Positions 23,499-30,463 of a stretch of 32,000 bases of DNA are shown one piece after another. The translations under genes were made by a program, and so were the position numbers. The notes beneath the pieces are model-generated. The model saw only the letters and a list, made by a program, of their open reading frames with translations, was not told the origin of the DNA and made no database searches. Source of the stretch: Dehalococcoidia bacterium. Its GTDB lineage: Bacteria > Chloroflexota > Dehalococcoidia > Lucifugimonadales > JADFKI01. Within the stretch, counting starts at the first letter, position 1; the number at the start of each line of letters is the position of its first letter. Location: the NCBI GenBank assembly GCA_965221045.1, contig OZ244863.1, forward strand, positions 774,765 through 806,764, in the 5' to 3' direction.

Positions 23499-24212
23499 AT
23501 GACAAGACCGGATGGGCGCGCAAACGACGAACTGCGTCCGACAAAGATAACCTGCGGCGTGCAGGCATTCCCGGAAGGCAGCGTGCTGATAGAGACGGGA
23601 ATGACGCGCGTCCTGTGCGCCGTTAGCGTCGAGGACAATGTGCCCCGCTTCCTGCGCGGCTCCGGGCAGGGTTGGGTGACGGCAGAGTACGCGATGCTTC
23701 CACGCTCCACCCTGACGCGGACTCCGCGAGAACGCACTCCGCGAGGCCGCACACAGGAGATACAGCGACTTATAGGCAGGTCGTTGCGCGCTGCCGTTGA
23801 CCTGGAGCAGCTCGGAGAGCGCACTTTCACGGTGGACTGTGATGTGCTGCAGGCGGACGCGGGCACGCGCACGGCGGCTATCACGGGAAGCTATGTCGCA
23901 TTGCATCTGGCAATAGCCGCGCTGGTCGATGAGAAGCAGCTGCCGGAACTACCCATTCTGTCAGCCATTGCCGCCACGAGCGTAGGCATTGTGGACGGCG
24001 AAGTGCTGCTCGATTTGTGCTACGAGGAAGACGCGGATGCGGATGCGGACTTCAACATCGTAATGACCGCGGAAGGCGAGTTTGTCGAAGTGCAGGGCAC
24101 GGCAGAGGGCATCCCATACTCAAGGGGCGCCCTCGATAATGTGCTTTCGGCTGCCGAAGACGGCATAAGGCAACTTATTGCGATCCAGCAGGACGCTATC
24201 GCCACCGCCTAG
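23499..24212 (+). CDS. rph: Ribonuclease PH
   Basis: The start is taken at the internal ATG 23499. MTRPDGRANDELRP...GSVLIETGMTRVLCAVS...GWVTAEYAMLPRST..R is near-consensus RNase PH. Confidence 0.9.
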   Translation: MTRPDGRANDELRPTKITCGVQAFPEGSVLIETGMTRVLCAVSVEDNVPRFLRGSGQGWVTAEYAMLPRSTLTRTPRERTPRGRTQEIQRLIGRSLRAAVDLEQLGERTFTVDCDVLQADAGTRTAAITGSYVALHLAIAALVDEKQLPELPILSAIAATSVGIVDGEVLLDLCYEEDADADADFNIVMTAEGEFVEVQGTAEGIPYSRGALDNVLSAAEDGIRQLIAIQQDAIATA

Positions 24213-25069
24213 TCGTCGTCGTTCGGTATATCGACGTCGTCATCCCCACTGGAGTTGATGATGCGATGTATGACCGGAGAGAAGGCATCATCGTCGCCCG
24301 GCTCCGTGTCGTCGTCCGACCAGTCCTTTATGACACGACCGCCCATCCCGCTCACATCCGGCTCGTCCTCGTCGTAGTCAAGTACGCCACCGGGCATATA
24401 GACTCGGTAGGCAGTTCCCGCACGTGACGGAAACGACACTATGCCAGCCTGAGAGGGGTGCTTGAAGGTCTCGCGTATGATTATAGTCAGGTCCTGAGCG
24501 CTCGCGCTGGTAACGGCAGCCTCGTACTGGTTGCCGCCGCGTACCAAGCGCAGCAGCCGAGCCGTGAGCCTTGGTTCAAGACTGCCCACAGCCACGCCGT
24601 TGGCGTCAATCAGCTTCACGCGACTGTTTTGGATCTCCAGACTCACCCGATGACCGGGAGCGAGCTTTAGCAGCGTGCTAGGAGGCGCGAGGCTTACGAG
24701 CGATGTCGTGATCGACTTGCCGCTCTCCTCGATGAACACCTTCGGCGCAGCCTCGACTCTACCTTGCGAGCGCGGCGCGTCCTGATCCCCAATGCTCATA
24801 AGCCTGTCAAAGTTCTTGCGCGCAATGGCATTGTGGGGCGAGATTTCCAGCGCCCTTTCGAACGCTTTTCTAGCCTCTCGGTTGCGCCCGAGTTCACTGA
24901 GCGCCTTGCCAAGTCTGTTCTGCGCCTCAAGATCATCTGGGAAGTCCTTGAGGATGGCGCGGTTCATAAGGGCCGCCTCGTCCCAGTGGCTGTGCATTGC
25001 CAATGCAACAGCCTTCTTGGCGCGGTCGCGCCTAACCTTCTCTCGATTTCTATCAGTTAATGTTTGCAT
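24209..25069 (-). CDS. TPR-repeat protein with an uncharacterised central domain and a poly-acidic C-terminus
   Basis: 286 aa. TPR-like helices occupy residues about 20-90 (EAQNRLGKALSELGRNREARKAFERALEISPHNAIARKNF). The C-terminus is DWSDDDTEPGDDDAF...SSGDDDVDIPNDDD. Confidence 0.7.
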   Translation of the reverse strand: MQTLTDRNREKVRRDRAKKAVALAMHSHWDEAALMNRAILKDFPDDLEAQNRLGKALSELGRNREARKAFERALEISPHNAIARKNFDRLMSIGDQDAPRSQGRVEAAPKVFIEESGKSITTSLVSLAPPSTLLKLAPGHRVSLEIQNSRVKLIDANGVAVGSLEPRLTARLLRLVRGGNQYEAAVTSASAQDLTIIIRETFKHPSQAGIVSFPSRAGTAYRVYMPGGVLDYDEDEPDVSGMGGRVIKDWSDDDTEPGDDDAFSPVIHRIINSSGDDDVDIPNDDD

Positions 25070-25224
25070 TTTGGTGTGCCTTATCGTTCAATATTGTTAA
25101 TGATTCTTTCTGATGAACCCGGTGGCTGCATTGAATTCCATTTGTAGGCGATTAAGAGTATTAGAAATAGTATTACAGAAGAATTAAAGGTATTTACGAC
25201 CTTGTTTTTAACAAACTCAGCAAT

Positions 25225-25281
25225 TCATGTCATCTTCTTGTGCCATCGCAACGACTCATGACATCTTCTTTTGCCAGCGCA
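25225..25281. repeat. Imperfect tandem duplication (31-nt period) of the last 26 nt of the glycosyltransferase gene
   Basis: tcatgtcatcttcttgtgccatcgca (25225-25250) and tcatgacatcttcttttgccagcgca (25256-25281) match at 23 of 26 positions. Confidence 0.7.
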
Positions 25282-26794
25282 AAAGAAATAGACGCCACAG
25301 CGCCTCCACGATTATGCCCAGTGACAGCTTGGATTCACCTTTCGCGCGATCGTAGAATGTTATCGGGAACTCCACGACACGATGCCCTCTGCGCTGGCAG
25401 GCGAAGGCTACCTCTGCCTGGAATCCAAAGCCTTTGCAGCGAAATTTATCGAAATCTATTGCCTCCAGCGCTTCGGCCCTGAATGCCTTGAAACCGGTGG
25501 TTGAATCCTTAACTGTCAGCCCGACGATGGCGCGAATGCCAAAGTTCGCAAGCGCGCTAAGGGCGTGCCTTCGAAATCGCCATTCCTTGTCCACGCCCCC
25601 ACCGTCCGTATAGCGAGATCCGACGACCACGTCCGCATTGTCCAGCGCCATGAGAAACTCCGGTATGTACTCCGGCGCGTGGGAGAGGTCCGCGTCCATC
25701 TGAAATACATAGTCGGCACCCTGCTCGATGGCGCGCCTGAAACCTTCTTTGTAGGCCGTGCCGAGTCCGTTCTTCTCTGGGCGCTCAATGAGATCGAGGC
25801 GATGATCATACCGTTCACTTAGATTGCGGACGACATCCGCAGTTCCGTCCGGTGAATTGTCATCCACAACGATGATCCTCATATCGGGAAGGCCAAGCGA
25901 AAAAAGCCGCTCAGCCAGCATTGGCAGGTTTTCGGCTTCGTTGTATGTTGGCACGACGACGGCTGTTGACGCGGTCTTCTCCTCACTGATCGGTGCATCT
26001 CTTCTTCCGGCAGAAAATTCGGATAGGCGCACATTGCCTGAATCTGCGCCCGAATCTGTGGATGCGTATTCTCCACGAAGACTGCGCCAGCGTACTGCCA
26101 TCACATCCCGAAGCATATGAAGTCCTGCCGACGCCGGGCTAAGTCTGCTGTCCGCGTCGTGCCGCCATTCGATTGGAATCTCCCGAACTAGCAAGCCACG
26201 CTGTTGTGCCAGATATAGCAGTTCCACATCGAAGCCCCACCCAGAAGTGCGCTGCATCGGAAACAGCAACTCCGCCGCCTTCGCGCTGAAACACTTAAAA
26301 CCGCACTGCGTATCCTGAAAACCTCTCACCGCGATGAGCTGCACCGTCTTGTTGAACGCACGACCAAGCAGGTGACGGAAGTGCGATTCACCATAGCGAT
26401 TCGCACCCGCAATCTGGCGCGATCCAATGACTACATCGTTCCCTTCCGACATACATCCGAGAAAATCGGAAAGGTGGCTTATGGGCATGGCGAGGTCCGC
26501 ATCGCACATAAAGCGGTATTCCCCCGTCGCCACGAGCATTCCGTGCCTGACCGCCGCGCCTTTGCCGCCGTGGCGTATGCGCTCCAGCCTGAATTCTTCC
26601 CTCCCGCACGACCACTGTTCGACAATCTTCGCGGTGGCGTCGTCGCTGCCGTCGTCAACTGTGATGATCTCCCAGGAGTATGCCTGCCTCTGAAGGTACA
26701 CTGATACCGCCTCCAGAGTGGAGACTATCCGCGCCGACTCGTTGTAGGCGGGAATGATTACTGATAAGTATGGAGCAGCCATAGAGTCGTTCAA
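25256..26794 (-). CDS. Fusion of two family-2 glycosyltransferase domains (polyprenyl-phosphate glucosyl-/mannosyl-transferase-like)
   Basis: 512 aa in one uninterrupted ORF. N-terminal half: SVIIPAYNESARI...VDDGSDDAT...CDADL. A low-complexity linker, STDSGADSGNVRLSEFSAGRRDAPISEEKTAS, follows. C-terminal half: VVVPTYNEAENL...VVDDNSPDGTADV...NGLGTAYKEGF...QMDADLSH, resembling Ppm1/DPM1. Confidence 0.85.
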   Translation of the reverse strand: MNDSMAAPYLSVIIPAYNESARIVSTLEAVSVYLQRQAYSWEIITVDDGSDDATAKIVEQWSCGREEFRLERIRHGGKGAAVRHGMLVATGEYRFMCDADLAMPISHLSDFLGCMSEGNDVVIGSRQIAGANRYGESHFRHLLGRAFNKTVQLIAVRGFQDTQCGFKCFSAKAAELLFPMQRTSGWGFDVELLYLAQQRGLLVREIPIEWRHDADSRLSPASAGLHMLRDVMAVRWRSLRGEYASTDSGADSGNVRLSEFSAGRRDAPISEEKTASTAVVVPTYNEAENLPMLAERLFSLGLPDMRIIVVDDNSPDGTADVVRNLSERYDHRLDLIERPEKNGLGTAYKEGFRRAIEQGADYVFQMDADLSHAPEYIPEFLMALDNADVVVGSRYTDGGGVDKEWRFRRHALSALANFGIRAIVGLTVKDSTTGFKAFRAEALEAIDFDKFRCKGFGFQAEVAFACQRRGHRVVEFPITFYDRAKGESKLSLGIIVEALWRLFLLRWQKKMS

Positions 26795-26857
26795 ATGCCG
26801 TCAGTGAGCTATCAGAGCGTTTCAAGGCAGTAACCGCACAGTAAGTCGATGATTATA

Positions 26858-28102
26858 TTACTCTTGGGGCATGTCCAGGGGCATATCGAGACGGAAGGCG
26901 TCGTGAAGAGCGCAGGCTGCCTCGGCAATCTGCGATTCGCTGATGAGGCATGTGATGCGAATCTCAGATGTTGTGATTGCATCGATATTGATGCCTTGAC
27001 TCGCAAGCGAGCGGAACATCTGCGAGGCGTAGCCGGGCGCGTCCTGCATACCGGAGCCTACGATGCTCAGCTTGGCGAGGCCTGCGTCGCTGACCGTGCC
27101 TCTGCTGCCAAGTTCCTTCACGACGGGTTCCACGACCTCAAGCGCGCGCGCAAGATCCGTGCGGGTAACGGTGAAAGTCATATCGGTAGTGCCGTCAACG
27201 CTGGCGTTCTGCACAATGACATCCACGCTGATGTCAGCCTTTGCGAGCGGCTCGAACAGGCTGGCGGCTATGCCGGGCCTGTCAATGACGCCAAGTACCG
27301 TAATCTTCGCCACATTCGTGTCTGTTGCGATGCCCCTTACGCGATTGCGAATCTCGCCCACATTGCTGTTCATTTCGATGTCTCCGTGAATCAGAGTGCC
27401 CTTGGCGTCCGTGAAACTTGACGCGACGAGTATAGGCACGTTGTAGTGCATTCCCATTTCGATAGAGCGCGGGTTCATCTTCGCGCCGTAGCTGGCAAGC
27501 TCCAGCATCTCCTCGAAGCCGACCTCATCGAGCTTGCGCGCCTTTGGCACGAGTCGCGGGTCAGCGGTGTAGATGCCGTCCACATCCGTATAGACCTCAC
27601 AGCGGTCCGCTTCGACGCCGGCCGCTATAGCGACCGCGGTGGTGTCGGAGCCGCCGCGTCCCAGTGTGGTGATGTCCAGGTCCTCTGTGATGCCTTGAAA
27701 GCCCGCTACGATGACGATGTTGCCCTTATCCACCTCGCTGATGATGCGTTCGGGCGATACGCCGGCAATGCGCGCTCTGCCGTAGCTTGAATCGGTCCGT
27801 ATGCCGGCCTGCGCCCCGCTGAGGCTCACTGAGGCGTATCCCATCGTGCGCAGAGCCATAGCCATCAGTGTGCATGAGACGAGCTCGCCTGTCGAGAGCA
27901 ACACATCAAGCTCGCGAGCATCCGGGCGCTCCGAAATCTGGTTCGCCAGCCCGATCAGCTCGTCGGTAGTGTCGCCCATAGCGGACACTACGACGATAAC
28001 ACTGTTGCCCTCGTCTCGGCTGCGCGCGATTCGCCGGGCGACACTGTGAATCTTTTTGGCGTCCGCCAGTGAGCTTCCGCCGTACTTTTGTACGATTAGC
28101 AT
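26858..28102 (-). CDS. lysC: Aspartate kinase
   Basis: 414 aa. MLIVQKYGGSSLAD is present, with tandem C-terminal ACT domains (VAKITVLGVIDRPGIAASLFEPLAKADISVDVIVQ; LAKLSIVGSGMQDAPGYASQMFRSLASQGINIDAI). Confidence 0.92.
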   Translation of the reverse strand: MLIVQKYGGSSLADAKKIHSVARRIARSRDEGNSVIVVVSAMGDTTDELIGLANQISERPDARELDVLLSTGELVSCTLMAMALRTMGYASVSLSGAQAGIRTDSSYGRARIAGVSPERIISEVDKGNIVIVAGFQGITEDLDITTLGRGGSDTTAVAIAAGVEADRCEVYTDVDGIYTADPRLVPKARKLDEVGFEEMLELASYGAKMNPRSIEMGMHYNVPILVASSFTDAKGTLIHGDIEMNSNVGEIRNRVRGIATDTNVAKITVLGVIDRPGIAASLFEPLAKADISVDVIVQNASVDGTTDMTFTVTRTDLARALEVVEPVVKELGSRGTVSDAGLAKLSIVGSGMQDAPGYASQMFRSLASQGINIDAITTSEIRITCLISESQIAEAACALHDAFRLDMPLDMPQE

Positions 28103-28137
28103 TTCTTCTTCTCAGTCAGCCGGGCTTATCTGCCCGA

Positions 28138-28701
28138 CTAACGAACTACTTCGCTCTGGAAAACCTTGTCCAAGTCGATGCTCAGTCCCCCAAGCGTTGC
28201 CGAACTGAAACTCTGTCCTTCACTGTATTCCCCCACAACATCCAGCTTGCCGTCTTTCAGCAGCAACACCGATATTTTTCGATCTTCCGGGTCCACCAGC
28301 CACATCTCATTGACCTGATGCCGCTCATATAATTCCCGCTTCCGAGAGCGATCAAGTCTGGAAGTGGATGGCGAAAGGATTTCGACCACCAAGTCGGGCG
28401 CACCCTGAACATTCGCTGCCGTGATTATGTCCAGGCGATCCTTGGATATGAACAGCAAGTCCGGCTGCACGACATTATGCTCTGTCAGAACTACATCAAG
28501 CGGCGCGAAATAGACCCAGCCCAACCCACTATCTTCTGCGGCTACTATCATTCGGAATAGTATCTTGAGAATTCTCTGATGAATCTCGCTCGGTGACGCA
28601 ACCAAAATCAACTCCCCGTCGATTAGTTCATAACGCTCATCGCCCGGCAAGTTAGCGTAGTCATCGTATGTAAGTTTCGCTTTCGGCTTGACCTGTACCA
28701 T
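28138..28701 (-). CDS. Uma2-family (DUF820) PD-(D/E)xK endonuclease-like protein
   Basis: 187 aa with YELIDGELI, SPSEIHQRI and PDLVVEILSPST, the Uma2 signature blocks. Confidence 0.8.
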   Translation of the reverse strand: MVQVKPKAKLTYDDYANLPGDERYELIDGELILVASPSEIHQRILKILFRMIVAAEDSGLGWVYFAPLDVVLTEHNVVQPDLLFISKDRLDIITAANVQGAPDLVVEILSPSTSRLDRSRKRELYERHQVNEMWLVDPEDRKISVLLLKDGKLDVVGEYSEGQSFSSATLGGLSIDLDKVFQSEVVR

Positions 28702-28744
28702 ATCAGCCCCCTAGCCAATTCCATTGACAGACTGAACCGCCGAT

Positions 28745-29677
28745 TTACTGACCAACCACATGCGCCCCCAGCGCCGTGGGCTGCGTAACCTTGATTGCGC
28801 CTTCGACGCCCGACTTCATTGCCGCGTCCGCCATCTCGTATCCGATGGTGTATTCGCGGTCACGCGCCAGCGCAAGCACGCTTGAACCCGCGCCTGACAG
28901 GAACACGCCGAGAGCGCCTGCCGACATTGCCGCGCGGAAGATGTTCTTCATCGGAAAGAATATCTTCTGGCGTGCGGGTTGATGAAGCATATCCTCAGTC
29001 GCAATGCCAAGATGCTCAAAGTTGCCGCTTGATAAGGCATTCACCAGCAGAGCCGTCCTGCCTATATTAAACACGGCGTCCTGCCTGTCAACAGTCTGGG
29101 AAAGTATGCCTCTCGCCTCGTCAGTCGGCATCGGGACGTCGGGTACGAACAGCACCGCCTTCAGTTCATTCGGAATGGACACGGCGTCCGTAAGGAACCT
29201 GTCCCCATCGCTCACGACGATGCGGCAGCCGCCCATAACTACTGCGGCTGCGTTGTCGGGATGCCCCTCTATCTCCGCCGCAAGCTCCAACAGCCTCTTC
29301 CGCGACAGGTTCGCGCCGCTGAAAGTGCTGCCAGCCAGCAGACCGCCAGCTACTGCAGCAGCGCTGCTGCCTAGTCCGCGACCAAGAGGAATCTCATTCT
29401 CACAGATGATTCGCACCGGCGGCACAGGCTTGCCGATACCGTCAAACACGCGCCTGAAGCTCTTGTACACGAGGTTATCGCTGCCCGTCGGAAGGCTGCC
29501 CATGCCCTCGCCGCTGACTGAAACTATGTCAGCGTCCGATGCTGCATCAGCAGTCTCTACGCCGTCGATTTCCACGACAACGGTGTTCCAGATGTCCAGC
29601 GCCATACCGAGGCAGTCGAAACCGGGCCCCATATTAGCGGTTGTAGCCGGCACTCTCACTTTAACTTTGGTCGTCAT
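28745..29677 (-). CDS. thrB: Homoserine kinase
   Basis: 310 aa with VPATTANMGPGFDCLG and the GHMP motif PLGRGLGSSAAAVAGG. Confidence 0.9.
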   Translation of the reverse strand: MTTKVKVRVPATTANMGPGFDCLGMALDIWNTVVVEIDGVETADAASDADIVSVSGEGMGSLPTGSDNLVYKSFRRVFDGIGKPVPPVRIICENEIPLGRGLGSSAAAVAGGLLAGSTFSGANLSRKRLLELAAEIEGHPDNAAAVVMGGCRIVVSDGDRFLTDAVSIPNELKAVLFVPDVPMPTDEARGILSQTVDRQDAVFNIGRTALLVNALSSGNFEHLGIATEDMLHQPARQKIFFPMKNIFRAAMSAGALGVFLSGAGSSVLALARDREYTIGYEMADAAMKSGVEGAIKVTQPTALGAHVVGQ

Positions 29678-29887
29678 AAACCTAGCCTGCTGTTACAGTG
29701 GGTAATCAAGCGTCAACGCGCAAAGGCAAACTTGCCGTTACAGGCAAGCCTACCAGATGCAGACACGGGGTTAAAGGCGCACAGGCCGATACGGTGAAGT
29801 TGCCGCCAGGCATGTTTGAGGAACCTATCCATCGAGCGAATGCTTGGAAGTTGCATGCGCCACTTAGGGATATGTCAGTTGGAAGCG

Positions 29888-29936
29888 TGCCGCAGGAAGT
29901 CGGGGTTATCTTTCGATTATTCTTCGCCCTGCGGCA
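29888..29936 (-). terminator. Long-loop inverted repeat downstream of the zinc-ribbon ORF (terminator-like)
   Basis: tgccgcagg (29888-29896) pairs with cctgcggca (29928-29936). It lies 13 nt after the stop at 29949. Confidence 0.3.
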
Positions 29937-29948
29937 GTAAAAGCAGTG

Positions 29949-30140
29949 CTATGCGGCAACCTTCGTCTTGCGCCTGCGACCAGGCTTGCCGCGCGTCTTT
30001 GCCCAGTCAAAGTTCTTCTTGGGCTCGGGGAGGATGTCCTTAGTGTAACCACACTGGAGACACTCTCTGTAATCTCCATACATGTCCCTCGTCAGCTTAA
30101 GGTCTCCGGTGCACCGGGGACATGCCTTGAACTCTACCAT
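29949..30140 (-). CDS. 63-aa zinc-ribbon protein with a basic C-terminal tail (hypothetical)
   Basis: CPRC-x17-CLQC four-Cys ribbon followed by KTRGKPGRRRKTKVAA. A strong GGAGGAAGGA lies about 14 nt upstream of the ATG. Confidence 0.55.
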   Translation of the reverse strand: MVEFKACPRCTGDLKLTRDMYGDYRECLQCGYTKDILPEPKKNFDWAKTRGKPGRRRKTKVAA

Positions 30141-30463
30141 TTCGCTTGTTCCGTCCTTCCTCCGCAGCGAATACGGATTACTCTCTGCGTAGCTTATATA
30201 TTCATAACTCGCAATTAAAGTTGCTACGCTACATCACTTCAATGAATACTCTCGTTATATGACACGATAATACACCTCGGCCTCCATATCTATAAGATAT
30301 GTATGATAGATAGTATTATTTTTTGCGATGTTGTTACTCTGAAATGCATTCGGCACCCGATGATCAGGTTGAACGTAGAAATGATCTGAATGGACAATCC
30401 AGTCAGCAGAGAGCCTGACCGAGAATATAAGTATTGGGACAAAAGGCGATGTAATACATTAGC

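Noticed and set aside
29678-29820. 34-codon minus-strand ORF (MPGGNFTVSACAPLTPCLHLVGLPVTASLPLRVDA) as a thr-operon leader peptide
   Set aside because: It has no runs of Thr/Ile regulatory codons and no convincing SD. It is probably fortuitous.
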